In this document: piece by piece, positions 29,207 to 45,699 of the stretch | Layout: every line of letters begins with the position of its first letter | Numbering within the stretch: position 1 is the stretch's first letter | Sequence record: PP047755 | From: Escherichia phage KEP1 | Reading direction: 5' to 3' (one strand) | DNA: 64,000 nucleotides | The notes under the pieces: generated by a model | What the model was told of the DNA's origin: nothing | Databases searched by the model: none | What the model saw: only the letters and a program-made list of their open reading frames with translations | Translations under genes and position numbers: made by a program

Positions 29207-30106
29207 ATGTCGCAAGCAGATACAAGTTACAAAAATATCCTGAACCATGTTTTATCAGTCGGTGAACTGCGTACTACACGAACTGGAGATGTTATCTCTG
29301 CATTCGCTCCACCTCAGTTTCGTTTTGATATGCGAACTGGTTTCCCGCTCTTAACATCTAAACAGGTGTTTACAAGACAAGTTATCGGGGAAGCTTTATG
29401 GTTCCTGAATGGTGAGAATAAGCTTGGTGAACTTCGTTACCGTACTTGGGATGAAAATGACGGAGAACGCTGGACTATCTGGTCAGATGATTTTAAACGC
29501 TGGTTAAGCTCTAATTATTCTTCTGAACAAGATTGGTTAGATGATGCAGGTGGAAGGATTTATGGGGTTCAGTGGAGAAACTTTGAAGGTCATAATGGTT
29601 GTGTTGTAGACCAACTAGAGACCTTAGTAACGAAGATGAAGGGTGATATCACAGACCGTTACATGCTTGTTAATGCTTGGAATGCAGCAGATATTGCAGC
29701 AAACTCAATGGCTTTAGCACCTTGTCATGTTCTGTTTCAGATTTATATCACTAACGAGGGTGAAGTTGACTTACAATGGTATCAGCGTTCAGTAGACACC
29801 TTTTTAGGACTTCCGTTTAATATTGCATCTTACGGTTTTATTCTGGAAGTTCTTTGTAAGATGACTGGATACACTCCACGGTACTTGATAGGTGTCTTTG
29901 GAGATACTCAGATTTATCAGAACCACATGAAACAGGTTTATGAACTACTGAACAACGAAGAGTTCCATGCACCAACTTTTGAGATTGGTATACCACTTAA
30001 CACTTTAAGTGACTTAAAACATCTTACAGCAAGTGATTTTATTGGTGGGATTAATAACTACCAACATGCAGGTAAGATTGAAGCACCTCTGTCAGTAGGC
30101 AAGTAA
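29207..30106 (+). CDS. thyA: Thymidylate synthase
   Basis: 299 aa; RTGFPLLTSK, EALWFLNGE and active-site LAPCHVLFQ motifs. Confidence 0.88.
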   Translation: MSQADTSYKNILNHVLSVGELRTTRTGDVISAFAPPQFRFDMRTGFPLLTSKQVFTRQVIGEALWFLNGENKLGELRYRTWDENDGERWTIWSDDFKRWLSSNYSSEQDWLDDAGGRIYGVQWRNFEGHNGCVVDQLETLVTKMKGDITDRYMLVNAWNAADIAANSMALAPCHVLFQIYITNEGEVDLQWYQRSVDTFLGLPFNIASYGFILEVLCKMTGYTPRYLIGVFGDTQIYQNHMKQVYELLNNEEFHAPTFEIGIPLNTLSDLKHLTASDFIGGINNYQHAGKIEAPLSVGK

Positions 30107-30114
30107 AACAAAAA

Positions 30115-30137
30115 AGGCTCCCGTAAAAAGGAGCCTT
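30115..30137. terminator. Bidirectional rho-independent terminator between convergent blocks
   Basis: 8-bp stem AAGGCTCC/GGAGCCTT with 7-nt loop, A-run upstream and T-run downstream. Confidence 0.65.
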
Positions 30138-30142
30138 AAATT

Positions 30143-30514
30143 TTATTTTTCAGTATTCTTTGTGTTCTTTTCAGTAATAGCTTGCAAGGCTGATACTGAT
30201 TGAGCCAGATTGTTCACACTGTCAGAGAATTTATCAAGAGTCTTAGTAAGTTTTGCATTCTCACCCTTAACATTCTCTAACTGAACTTTCTGGTTCTCCA
30301 TCCCTAGCTGAATCAGTCTCATGTCAGACTGTAAATCACGAATAGCTGAGTAATTAGATTTGCTATAATTATCTAGCTGCTGTAACTTTGTTGTGACAGA
30401 CACTTCTTGCTTACCATCCGAGACTTGCATGGTGGTATACATCCCAATAACACTAAAAATACCAACTACAATTGCACCAATATTATTTTTAAAAGCTTCC
30501 TCTAGCCACTTCAT
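30143..30514 (-). CDS. Membrane-anchored coiled-coil protein
   Basis: 123 aa; N-terminal TM segment then heptad-like sequence. Confidence 0.4.
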   Translation of the reverse strand: MKWLEEAFKNNIGAIVVGIFSVIGMYTTMQVSDGKQEVSVTTKLQQLDNYSKSNYSAIRDLQSDMRLIQLGMENQKVQLENVKGENAKLTKTLDKFSDSVNNLAQSVSALQAITEKNTKNTEK

Positions 30515-30708
30515 TTATTCTCCCCCTTAAAAGCTTTTTCTAAGTTATCTACGAACTCATCATCAATAGGTGTGTCTGTCTTACTCGCAAGATATCTTGC
30601 AAGCTTAAAGAACACTTTCTCAATCATGTATTCACTTAGAAGGGATAAAATGAGTTTCCAGAAGAAGCTACCTAGATTTTTTAGAAGAATTGCTAGGATT
30701 GTAGGCAT
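30511..30708 (-). CDS. Small membrane protein
   Basis: 65 aa, one hydrophobic helix and charged C-terminus. Confidence 0.35.
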   Translation of the reverse strand: MPTILAILLKNLGSFFWKLILSLLSEYMIEKVFFKLARYLASKTDTPIDDEFVDNLEKAFKGENK

Positions 30709-30787
30709 TTAATCACCTCATCAGCCAAGATGGTGAGAATATCCATAAAGAATATTAACACCATCTTAACAATCAGTCAACAAGTGA

Positions 30788-33334
30788 TTAAGCAGTTCTC
30801 ACCCAAGCCATTAACTTGTAGAACTGGTTAGTAACACTAAATGCTGAACCAGAACCAGTACCACCTGTGTTACCGCTAACTGTGTGGCTGTGAGCACCAA
30901 TACCAACAGTGTGGCTGTGGTTACCTGTTGTATTTGTTACACCAGACCAAGTTTTTGACGCATTAAAGTTAGCAGGGATACCATAAGTGAAGTTAGAGCC
31001 AGTAAAACCCTTAGAAGCAGTTGAGCTACCAAGTGTAAATGCACCACTTGCTGTGTAGAAGCTGCTAGAGTCACTTCTAAAGTAACCTACTGTACCAGTA
31101 ATCTCCATAGTCCCTCTGTTATGGTTATGGTTACCAGTTGTGCTGGAAGTCTTAGTGCCATAATCAAATGATGAAGTGGTAGCAGAGAAGCTATGCGTGT
31201 GTGAAGGTAAGTTGCCAACAGATAACGTTACAGAGTCTGAACCACCAGTTGTAGCAACATCTGAACCGTTTGCTGCTGCAATTCTAATAGTTCTGCCAAC
31301 ACCATTGTTCAGGTACGTCCAAGTTAGACCAGGAAGTGCTGTATTAGGGTTAACATTACTGTTAAACCATGTCACAATACCCACTGGATAGATTTTATTC
31401 AGGTCTGTAGAGTCACTAATCGCCTCTGCAATCTTCTGGTCAGTCTCTGCTTTAGTGTATGCACCAATATCTGAAGGGGTTGGTTTTTGCAAACTTGTGT
31501 AGTATTTTGCAATTGTACCCTTCACAATACCTTGTGGAGCATCATCAAATGTCTGTGGGACTTCAAACAACTGTACACTTGCATTACTAGAAGACTGAAC
31601 CCTTGTCGTTGTGCTGTTTTGATACGTACCAGCAAGATAGTAAATATCATAGGTGTCTCCAGAAGTATTCACATAACCAATATCCCTGACAATGGTGTTA
31701 TCTGATGTTCTCCAAGCAACAACATTTAAGCCCTTTGGATTGTTATTTGAAGTTCGCAGAACAATTTCACATTTACCTGCTTGTTGTGGTGTATTAATAT
31801 TAAAACCTGACCCACCAAATACCTCAATAACAGCAGTGGATGCTGATTGTGGCATCACAACAGTGGCAATTTTAGCCCACTTATCAGTGTTTCCCACATT
31901 GAAGCTAGTGCTTCTGATTCTTAGGTATCTGCTATCACTAGCACTTTGCGTAAAGTATCTAGCATCTAAGTTAGAAAAATCTGAAGGTTGAACTTGTCCA
32001 GCAATAGTCAATGTTTTGTTAATGTATGATGTTGTATCCCCGAGAACCAATTGGGTTCCAGAATAACTGTTATTTAGGGTAACATCATTCGTATCAGCAC
32101 CACCAACACCAATCCACCATCTTGATACATTAGCAGTGTCCACACCACGAATATATAATGGTCTATTCTGAGTAGAGTTTTTAACAATCAGACCTTCATT
32201 ATCCGTAACAACTGTCTGTACACCATTAAAAGTATTCCTTGCATTAGTTCTTGCAATCGTACTTAATGTTGCTACCGGAATATATCTAGAGTCAATGTTA
32301 GCCCAATCTGAAGGTTGAACTTGTCCAGTGATTTGCACAGTTTTATTGATACCAATAGTAGTACCTAGTGAAACCTGTGAACCTGTAAGGTAGTTGTAAA
32401 TGTTTAGACGTGTCTCATCAGAATCTGTACCAACATACCATTTATTTGTTCCATCAGACTTCTTACCGAGAATGTAAAGTGCTGTACTTGCATCAGTATT
32501 CTGCAAAGTAATAGCATTAGCATTCTTCTTAGCAACAAGGTTAGTGAAAGTGTTAGCACCTGTAAAAGTATTATTGCCAGCTAACTGTGCAAATCTCTGA
32601 TTAGCAACTGTCTGAGTAAAATATCTAGCATCTAAGTTAGAGAAGTCTGAAGGTTGAACTTGACCAGTGATTCTAAGTGACTTGTTAAATGCTGCTGTTG
32701 CATCAAGGGTTAACATTGCACCAGTAGCATGATTGTACAAATAAACATTAGTACTGTTTGCATTTCCCTGTCCAACATACCAAGTTTGCTGGTTATTAGC
32801 ATCTCTACCTTGAATATATGAAGCACCTGCATTGGTTGCCTTCTTAAGAGTTAACTGCTCACCATCAGTTACAATTGCTTGCCTAATACTGAAGTTATTT
32901 GTAACAGCAAGCCTTGCATATCTTGCATCATTCTCTTCATTAGTTCTCATACCAAGTTCATTAGGGCTTGGTTTATTCAAAGTATGATAAACAGTTGCCG
33001 ACCTTGTGGCATCTGCAATAGTGAGTTTAAGACCATTTGAGTTAATTTTAAAAGTCTTTAAAATATCCCCAATAGTAATCTCAGAAGAGCCTGTTGGGTC
33101 AAATACTGCCTTACCACCGTAAAGTAACTTGACAATACCTAAATCCCCAACCATAGTACTCCCAGCAATCTGAACAAACCTTTCTAGTTTGAAGGAAGCT
33201 AAGAAGTCTTGATAGGTCATTCTACGGTCTTCGTCACCCAACATTTCAGGTCTTTTCTTAACTCTGATGTGCAATAGGTCTTCTGAACGAATTGTGTCGA
33301 TTGAGTTTAATTGACTCAATTTGTAATCTGCCAT
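30788..33334 (-). CDS. Tail fibre protein with three internal repeats and His-rich C-terminal tip
   Basis: 848 aa; TGQVQPSDFSNLDARYFTQ repeated three times; C-terminal HTHSFS / HSHTV(G)IGAHSHTV HxH repeats. Confidence 0.7.
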   Translation of the reverse strand: MADYKLSQLNSIDTIRSEDLLHIRVKKRPEMLGDEDRRMTYQDFLASFKLERFVQIAGSTMVGDLGIVKLLYGGKAVFDPTGSSEITIGDILKTFKINSNGLKLTIADATRSATVYHTLNKPSPNELGMRTNEENDARYARLAVTNNFSIRQAIVTDGEQLTLKKATNAGASYIQGRDANNQQTWYVGQGNANSTNVYLYNHATGAMLTLDATAAFNKSLRITGQVQPSDFSNLDARYFTQTVANQRFAQLAGNNTFTGANTFTNLVAKKNANAITLQNTDASTALYILGKKSDGTNKWYVGTDSDETRLNIYNYLTGSQVSLGTTIGINKTVQITGQVQPSDWANIDSRYIPVATLSTIARTNARNTFNGVQTVVTDNEGLIVKNSTQNRPLYIRGVDTANVSRWWIGVGGADTNDVTLNNSYSGTQLVLGDTTSYINKTLTIAGQVQPSDFSNLDARYFTQSASDSRYLRIRSTSFNVGNTDKWAKIATVVMPQSASTAVIEVFGGSGFNINTPQQAGKCEIVLRTSNNNPKGLNVVAWRTSDNTIVRDIGYVNTSGDTYDIYYLAGTYQNSTTTRVQSSSNASVQLFEVPQTFDDAPQGIVKGTIAKYYTSLQKPTPSDIGAYTKAETDQKIAEAISDSTDLNKIYPVGIVTWFNSNVNPNTALPGLTWTYLNNGVGRTIRIAAANGSDVATTGGSDSVTLSVGNLPSHTHSFSATTSSFDYGTKTSSTTGNHNHNRGTMEITGTVGYFRSDSSSFYTASGAFTLGSSTASKGFTGSNFTYGIPANFNASKTWSGVTNTTGNHSHTVGIGAHSHTVSGNTGGTGSGSAFSVTNQFYKLMAWVRTA

Positions 33335-33380
33335 TATAAATTTTCCTCTTAAAAGGGGCTACAAAGCCCCTGTAAAGAAA

Positions 33381-34556
33381 TTAAGCTGTTCTCTGCCACA
33401 CATATACTACAAAAGATGGTTGCTCAACACTGAAAGCTTGACCACCACCAACAGAACCAGATGTCCCTGAGTGTGTATGCTCAGAGCTAGAAACAGTAAC
33501 AGTGCCCGTATGACTGTGTGAACCAATATTAACAGTGTGGCTGTGAGCACCAATTGCAACAGTATGGCTATGAGCACCAGATGATGCAGTTGTGCCTGAG
33601 AAGCTATGGGTGTGAGCACCAGCTAAATCAGTATACATAGCATTACCAACACCAGCATCAGCAGATGCAGTAATAGCATTTGTACCGCCCCTATCATTAC
33701 CCCTCATAGGTACTCTGTGGTTGTGGTTACCAGCATTACTTGTTGTACCACTAAACGTGTGAGTATGAGCACCAGCACTATTAGTCGTTTTTGTACCGTA
33801 GTCAAAAGTTGATGTACTCTTTGAACCATAATCAAAACTAGAGATAGATACACTTGCAGAGTGTGTATGACCACCACCTGTTAGATAGATAGAGTGTGTG
33901 TGTGCTGGTAAATTATTATTCGTTAATGCTACAGTCTGAGAACCAAACATTGAACCAACAGGTCTAGAATCTGTATCATAACCAACTAGTGCTCTACCTT
34001 TAGAAACTAACTCCCAAGTACCTCCACAAAGCAAGTAAGTTGATGGGTTAGCAGAGTTAACAGATAGATGAATAGTTCCTACTGGATATGATGCTTGGAT
34101 AGCTTTGTATAAATTATTCACCGCTCTCGCGGTAGCGTACTTATCAGCATCTTCATTGTACAGATTAGATGTTGTCCAGTTCTGAACATTACTTAAACCG
34201 ACCTGTGCTTTCGTTGTATTGTGTGGGTTACTTTTGTCGTCAATATGTTGCTGAATTAAGTTATTCACTTCTTCTGACGACATAATTTGTAGATTTGCTC
34301 TTGCCTCAGCAACATTCACAATGTCTGACAAGTTATTGGCTGCAACTAATTGGAGAGAGTTAATAACATTATCAAGACCCACTTGCGATTTGGTTACACC
34401 ATGAGGATTATTCCTCAGAGATGCGTGAGGTGCTAACAACTGTTCAAGCGTACATCTTTTATCCTCAACACCTTGCTTAAGGTGGAAGATATCACTTAAA
34501 TCAACTGGTAAGGCCGCTTGTGGCAAGGCACTAATTTGAATTTCACCTACTGCCAT
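33381..34556 (-). CDS. Tail fibre protein, second, with His-rich C-terminal tip
   Basis: 391 aa; AHTHS / GAHSHTV HxH repeats; C-terminal motif related to the upstream fibre. Confidence 0.65.
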   Translation of the reverse strand: MAVGEIQISALPQAALPVDLSDIFHLKQGVEDKRCTLEQLLAPHASLRNNPHGVTKSQVGLDNVINSLQLVAANNLSDIVNVAEARANLQIMSSEEVNNLIQQHIDDKSNPHNTTKAQVGLSNVQNWTTSNLYNEDADKYATARAVNNLYKAIQASYPVGTIHLSVNSANPSTYLLCGGTWELVSKGRALVGYDTDSRPVGSMFGSQTVALTNNNLPAHTHSIYLTGGGHTHSASVSISSFDYGSKSTSTFDYGTKTTNSAGAHTHTFSGTTSNAGNHNHRVPMRGNDRGGTNAITASADAGVGNAMYTDLAGAHTHSFSGTTASSGAHSHTVAIGAHSHTVNIGSHSHTGTVTVSSSEHTHSGTSGSVGGGQAFSVEQPSFVVYVWQRTA

Positions 34557-34558
34557 TA

Positions 34559-34861
34559 TTAAGCTCCTACATATTCATATGTGTAAAGGTTTCCTGTACT
34601 TGTTGATGCAGTCCCTGTCTCAGATTTAATCAGATTCCAGCCATTAGCCACTAAATCTGGTTGCTCAGTTGCATATGAGCGAACTTCACCAACAGTGCCG
34701 TTTACTTTATTAAGCAGGTAGTTGATAATATAGTTGAACCACTGCCTACCCATAGGTTCACCCTTTAAAAGACCTGTCTCTTGAACTTCCGGTGGTGGTA
34801 AAACTTTTAACTGGTTACCATCAGTATCTACTTCATTTGTAGACCAATTTAAAACTGCCAT
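34559..34861 (-). CDS. Tail structural protein (position-based)
   Basis: 100-aa ORF inside the tail block. Confidence 0.45.
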   Translation of the reverse strand: MAVLNWSTNEVDTDGNQLKVLPPPEVQETGLLKGEPMGRQWFNYIINYLLNKVNGTVGEVRSYATEQPDLVANGWNLIKSETGTASTSTGNLYTYEYVGA

Positions 34862-35715
34862 TAAGAATTTCCTTCTTGTTGTGATTTATCTTTTCTGCCT
34901 TTGACAATTTGTGCAACCTCAGCCATGATTCCATATGCACCACCTGCAATAGCTTCTTTACCAACGATGAAATAGCCACTATTATTGGACCTATCTACAG
35001 TCATATAATCATCACTCTGTGAGTTTGCTGTTCTGTCAACCCTAAAGTAACCATCAATAACACCAGCATCTGCAAGGCTACCTACTAAGTTGGATTCCAG
35101 AGAGCCACCAGTGTTATTTGTGACAAGACCTCTGTTAGCATCAGTTACAAACCAGTTCTCTTTATCATCAACAATAGCAAGTGATGAATCAGCAACCTCT
35201 ACAGGTGTCCAAGCAGTTCCATTTAAAGTAACATCTCTTAAGATAACAGCAGAACCAGTAGTTGTTGCAGAAATCTTTGACAGTGTATATGCAGCATCTA
35301 GAACGCTTTTTCTAGTGTTGATACGGATAACGATACCACCAGTCTTAGGAGTAATATGCTCAAAAATCTGAGAGAAAGTTGCACCATATAGTGTCATAAT
35401 TGCTTTTTGCAAGAATGTTGGAGTAGTGTCAGAGCGTCTTAGGAAGATTTGGATATAAAGCATAGCTCTATATGTTTCATCATCTGCGCCTAAAGGTCTA
35501 GGAACTTTAATCAGTGAGCCAATATTATCAAGTTGTTGGCCTACTGACGTCCTGATATTTCTCTCTGTGTGCATCTGCCAGCAAACATCCTCTAGAGTTT
35601 GTAATTCATCAGTGATTGCTTTCAAGATACTTGTATAGATAAATTTATCTTTAAACTGTGTTACAGTCCTTTCATCAAGTGTTTTGTAATAAACACTATC
35701 AATCTTCTCAAACAT
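34861..35715 (-). CDS. Baseplate/tail structural protein (position-based)
   Basis: 284-aa ORF; translationally coupled neighbours. Confidence 0.5.
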   Translation of the reverse strand: MFEKIDSVYYKTLDERTVTQFKDKFIYTSILKAITDELQTLEDVCWQMHTERNIRTSVGQQLDNIGSLIKVPRPLGADDETYRAMLYIQIFLRRSDTTPTFLQKAIMTLYGATFSQIFEHITPKTGGIVIRINTRKSVLDAAYTLSKISATTTGSAVILRDVTLNGTAWTPVEVADSSLAIVDDKENWFVTDANRGLVTNNTGGSLESNLVGSLADAGVIDGYFRVDRTANSQSDDYMTVDRSNNSGYFIVGKEAIAGGAYGIMAEVAQIVKGRKDKSQQEGNS

Positions 35716-35717
35716 TA

Positions 35718-37186
35718 TTACTCCTTAGTGATGGTATACTGGCTGCTTTCCCAAACAGTATATTGGTCACCATCAACAGTAATTCTTGCTGTAGTATACT
35801 GCCCGTCACTAGGTGGGACTGATTGGCTGTTTGATAAGGCTACTTTAACCTCATTAATCTCAATACCTTTAATTACGTCATAGATATATCCATAGATTCT
35901 GTTAGGGATAACATCATTACCAACCTTAAGAGTTCTCCCATAAGCATTAATACCTTGTACAATGCTGTCTCTGATATCCTCTTCAGGGATTGTCAAGCTT
36001 TCTTCATCATATAAAGAGTAAGATACTTTAACAAATGCGTATTTTGGTGTTGGTCTGCTAAAATAAATATTATGTGCCAAACCACCTAAATCATGGGCTG
36101 TACCAAAAATTGAGCCATAAGCCCTAATACCAGCAGGTTTTGTATCCCAGATTGCTTGAGCAACATTATCATTTTGACCACCAACTACAACAATCTTAAA
36201 AGATTTTGGTGGAAGACCTTCTGAGCTTGTCTCTTCAGTATCATTCTCAACACCTGAAGCATCTGAGACACCTTGAACTCTTTTAACAGCAGCTACAATT
36301 GCATCCAAAGTCCCTACACCAGTAACTGCTAAAGATTCTAAATATCTCTGTCTAAGTTCTGTGTCAGTTTCTTCGTTTCTACCAGTTGTTAAGTCATACC
36401 TGTTATAAATACTGTCAAGACCATCAACAGTTGTCTCAATCTCAATAAGCGTACCAGCCAAAGCAGGGGTAGCACCAACCTCTTCAGCTACTACATCTGA
36501 AATAGTTGTAATTTTTGTAAAGGTCAGAAACGTTGTTGCAGTGACAACCATAGGGTTTGTTCTTGCAATGATATCACCCTCGTCTTTATAGACTCTTAAT
36601 GCGGCTCCATCATTAATAACTTCTGCTTTTGCTACAATACCACCATTAATAGCTTCTGCCAATTTTGTTAGCAGCGTGGTGATTGTGTCTAATGAGGTTG
36701 GTTTATATGAGAAAATGACGTTATCAATAATAATAACATAATCTGCATCAGTTCGTAAAGAGTTAACTTCAAGGATAGCTTCAACACAATATGATGGAGT
36801 AAGGGTAATGTTATTAACTGGATAAAAGATGTTTCCGGCAGTACTTCTTAATCTTGTTGTTGAAGGAATGGTAGCACCAGTCGTTCCAGTAAACTCAACT
36901 TGACCTCTTGTTGCCTGAGCAACATATCTGTATACCGCATTTAAAGCTGTAATATCATCAAGGTTAAAGCCTTCAGCCTTATCAATTGTACCTCCATCGT
37001 AGATTTCTGATAGAATCTCATGAGTATCTGCTAAAGACCTTGCAATTGAAGCTAGGAAGAGTCCTAATTGACTATCTTCAGAAACGTCAAGGTTGGGTGA
37101 AATATCTCTAAGAAGTCTTGATTTGATATTATCAAAAATTTCCTGATATCTTAGAGTTTGTAATCCGGTTGTAGTTAATCCTGCCA

Positions 37187-37187
<1 letters not shown>
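35718..37187 (-). CDS. Baseplate/tail structural protein (position-based)
   Basis: 489-aa ORF. Confidence 0.5.
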
Positions 37188-42571
<5,384 letters not shown>

Positions 42572-42572
<1 letters not shown>

Positions 42573-42811
42573 TACATTTTTCCTGCTCTTCTAAGTTCGT
42601 TGTAAGCAATTTCCTCTTTATACGACCTCTGAATCTCAAGAAATTGTCTCAATGATAATAAATCAGAGAATGTCATAGCAAAGAGTTGGTCAAGTGTTTC
42701 TTTACACCCTTCCATACCATAAATAGCAAGCACAAATTTCATCTCGTCTGCTTCTTCATAGGTTGCCTCTACAGCAGCATCAGTCAGTGGTGTCTGTAGA
42801 GTATTACCCAT
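42572..42811 (-). CDS. Tail assembly chaperone, frameshift-extension ORF (T-like)
   Basis: 79-aa ORF starting right after the stop of the upstream chaperone ORF in the -1 frame. Confidence 0.6.
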
Positions 42812-42813
42812 GT

Positions 42814-43212
42814 TTACTGAGAAGTTAGGCTTTTGAAAATGCTTGCTTCGAAAAAACTTCCGAAGTTTGCCTCCAGCGCAAATGCTAAGTAATCAATAAA
42901 TTCACCGTAGTTTGCTTGGAAGTATGTATCAATATTAAGTGGGAAGTCATCAACAGTTGCCCCTTGAAATAACAGGGTAGCCATTTCTTCAAGGTTGATT
43001 TCTTCAATTCTGTCAAAACAAGCTTCAACAAGTTCTTTAAATGGAACCATTGGAGCTTCTTTCTTATCTTTATCAGTCAGGCTTGACAGCATCTGTGCAA
43101 ATGTTGGAACAACAATTTTACCCAACTTCATAGACATCTTAATACCATCTCTTGCCCCAAGCAGAACGATATTTACTTTCTTACCATTAATTACTCTAGA
43201 TTCTGTTTTCAT
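42814..43212 (-). CDS. Tail assembly chaperone (G-like)
   Basis: 132-aa ORF directly upstream of the tape measure gene; slippery heptamer near its 3' end. Confidence 0.65.
   Translation of the reverse strand: MKTESRVINGKKVNIVLLGARDGIKMSMKLGKIVVPTFAQMLSSLTDKDKKEAPMVPFKELVEACFDRIEEINLEEMATLLFQGATVDDFPLNIDTYFQANYGEFIDYLAFALEANFGSFFEASIFKSLTSQ
42850..42856 (-). other. Candidate -1 programmed ribosomal frameshift site (T TTT TTC on the coding strand)
   Basis: In the G-like ORF frame ...GGA AGT TTT TTC GAA...; a -1 slip reads FFRSKHFQKPNFSVN then MGNTLQTPLT..., the downstream ORF. Confidence 0.6.
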
Positions 43213-43246
43213 TGTGATTCCTTAATACTTTAAAAGAAACAAAAAA

Positions 43247-43272
43247 GGGGAAGACCTTTTAAAGTCTCCCCC
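43247..43272 (-). terminator. Rho-independent terminator-like hairpin
   Basis: GGGG-A-AGAC / GTCT-CCCC stem with one bulge; U6 run on the minus-strand transcript. Confidence 0.55.
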
Positions 43273-43284
43273 TTATAGGATTTA

Positions 43285-43731
43285 TTAAACACTTGACGCT
43301 GGAATTGTAGAAGTGTAGTCTAGCTTCTCACAACCAAAAATCCAAGTTTTAGAGTTCTGGTCACGACCAAGTTCAATCTGTGGTAATTCCTGCAACCAAG
43401 CATTAATACCAGTTGCCAGAACAGAGCCTGATGGGTCGTAGATTACGAAGTTAGAAGAGATATCTTCTTCAAGTTCCATATTGTCTTGTTTAGCTTGAAT
43501 TGCAGAAAGCATCTGATTAGAGAGAGAAGTCTGCATTAGCTCAATCTCAATAGTACCTGTCTTATCTGCATTTCTTGTCAGAGCAACCTGACCACCTGCA
43601 CCTACAACTGGTGTCACAAGTGGTGATGTTCTCTGTAGACGTAAGAATGAGTCTGGGGCAAAGCCTTCAATGGCAATACCATTCCAGCTACACACAACGT
43701 CTTTAGGGGAATATTGCTGATACATAGCCAT
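43285..43731 (-). CDS. Tail protein (position-based)
   Basis: 148-aa ORF between the tail tube candidate and the chaperone. Confidence 0.45.
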   Translation of the reverse strand: MAMYQQYSPKDVVCSWNGIAIEGFAPDSFLRLQRTSPLVTPVVGAGGQVALTRNADKTGTIEIELMQTSLSNQMLSAIQAKQDNMELEEDISSNFVIYDPSGSVLATGINAWLQELPQIELGRDQNSKTWIFGCEKLDYTSTIPASSV

Positions 43732-43746
43732 TCCAATTTACCTCTA

Positions 43747-45099
43747 TTATTCGTAAGCCACTGTACCTTTCAAGTCAACATCCAAGATAGCCCCTGCTAA
43801 GATACCTGCGAAGGTAACATCTTTCAGGATACGAGCTTTCTTGTCTGCCAAAGCAACTTGAGAGGCTTTAGGAACATTAACTGTGTAAGATGACAGGAAG
43901 TTTCTGTTGACTGCTCTTTGCAGAGAGGTTTCAATGACTTGACGAATACGGGTAATACCAGTATCATCATAAGTAATCTTACCACCCTTCTGGTTAATTA
44001 GCAAGTCTCTCAGAGAAGTTTTCAGGTCTGATTCTAACCAGTCAACACCACGGATGATATCAATCCATTCCCCACCAGAAGTAATCCCTCTACGAACCAC
44101 TGGAACACCACCATCAAGGTCAATAAAGTTACAGTGACGTGCATCTAAAGCTGACTTCTGAATACTTGTCAGAGGTCTCTGATTAGATGGCTGTAGAGAA
44201 GCAGCTACACCAGTTAACTGTGCGTTACCCCAAGCAATTGAACCTGCATCATATGGAGCACCATAAGCAATGTATGCCATTTCTGGATAATCTTCTGCTG
44301 CTGTGTGATGCCACAAGCAAACTGTACGAGTGTACTTATTCTTAGCAAGTTGTGCTGGAACGTCATTTGCACTGGCTAATTCTGTACCTTGCAGTGCTGC
44401 TACATCAGAGTTAGCTGTAAAGAAAATCTTCTTACGAGCTTGAATCTCAGAAGCCATTGCTAAGACAAACTGTTGAGTTCTGTCTTCTGCTGCAATGAAA
44501 TACCAGTCAGTTGAATAAGCTTCAATAGCTGCCAGAGCAGTCGATGCTGTGTCAGCAGTTGTGCTTGCAATTGACACTGTTTGTGCTGTAGTAGTAACCT
44601 TCACGAAGTCGTTGACACCAGCTTTGGTGATTACCATTGTTGCTGAACCGCCAGCACCAGTTACATTGACAGTAACAAGGTCTTTTACAGAAGGTTCTGC
44701 TTCAATCTGAGTTTTAAGCTGCTGTAGCACCTTCTCAGCAGTATCTTCTGACTGTGAAGTGTACTGGAATGGCTGAGAAACTCCACCGCTCACAGCTACA
44801 GTTAAAGAATAGTCGGTGCTCTCAGTAACCTCATCAGGAATTGATACAGTGTACTGCATAGCACGTCTACCAATATAAAGCTGAGTTACTTTAGGAGTCT
44901 GACTCCAAAGTTGTTTAGCAGCCTTATATGCAGCAGAATTTTCATCGAAATCTTCAGCAACTTCAGTTAAGGAAGTGTAACCACGGACTCTTTCTTCAAA
45001 GTTATCTGTTGAAGCTAAAAATAGTGGCAGCCCAAAACCTTCTCTTGTAGTTCCTGCGGTGTTCAATGTAATATCTACATTAACAATTGGATTCCACAT
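43747..45099 (-). CDS. Major tail (tube) protein candidate
   Basis: 450-aa ORF upstream of the chaperone/tape-measure genes; Thr/Ser/Ala-rich. Confidence 0.55.
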   Translation of the reverse strand: MWNPIVNVDITLNTAGTTREGFGLPLFLASTDNFEERVRGYTSLTEVAEDFDENSAAYKAAKQLWSQTPKVTQLYIGRRAMQYTVSIPDEVTESTDYSLTVAVSGGVSQPFQYTSQSEDTAEKVLQQLKTQIEAEPSVKDLVTVNVTGAGGSATMVITKAGVNDFVKVTTTAQTVSIASTTADTASTALAAIEAYSTDWYFIAAEDRTQQFVLAMASEIQARKKIFFTANSDVAALQGTELASANDVPAQLAKNKYTRTVCLWHHTAAEDYPEMAYIAYGAPYDAGSIAWGNAQLTGVAASLQPSNQRPLTSIQKSALDARHCNFIDLDGGVPVVRRGITSGGEWIDIIRGVDWLESDLKTSLRDLLINQKGGKITYDDTGITRIRQVIETSLQRAVNRNFLSSYTVNVPKASQVALADKKARILKDVTFAGILAGAILDVDLKGTVAYE

Positions 45100-45699
45100 T
45101 TATTTTACCCCTTTGGAGTCTACATCTAGATGGATAGTATATTCTGGTGGCTCTTGTCCTTCTTCGTAAACTAATTCACCATCAACAATGACACGCTCAA
45201 TAATACTTCCACGTTCATCTTTCAGGACTGAATTTTTTACAAGAGTTACAACAAGAGGTGCAGAATTTTCGAAATCTGTATTAAGATAAGTGTAGTCATT
45301 TGGGATAGCTCCAGTGTCTAAAACTGTAGCTCCTGTCTCTTCAAGAATTAAATCTCTGACTGAACTCATCTCTAATCGTTGTTTAAGCTCAAGCATAATA
45401 CTGTGAGCACCTTTACCATTTACCGTAATTAATACTGGAATCTGAAAAGCAATTCTGTAGCAAACTACATCATCCTCAACAAACTTATCAAGAACCCAAC
45501 CATAAGGTGTTGCAGCGTCTTGACAATATACGGTAATAAATGGCTGGTCAGGTTTTAAACCTTTGTCATTTGAGTTATCAGAAGGGTAAGCTCTAATTAC
45601 ATTTGGTCTATTATTTTTATCACGAGCTAGTCTGTGACCAATAACATCCACTAAGGTTCTAACTAGACCTTTTTCAAGTTCTGCTGTTTCTAACTGCAT
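45100..45699 (-). CDS. Head-tail connector / tail completion protein (position-based)
   Basis: 199-aa ORF between capsid and tail tube genes. Confidence 0.45.
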   Translation of the reverse strand: MQLETAELEKGLVRTLVDVIGHRLARDKNNRPNVIRAYPSDNSNDKGLKPDQPFITVYCQDAATPYGWVLDKFVEDDVVCYRIAFQIPVLITVNGKGAHSIMLELKQRLEMSSVRDLILEETGATVLDTGAIPNDYTYLNTDFENSAPLVVTLVKNSVLKDERGSIIERVIVDGELVYEEGQEPPEYTIHLDVDSKGVK

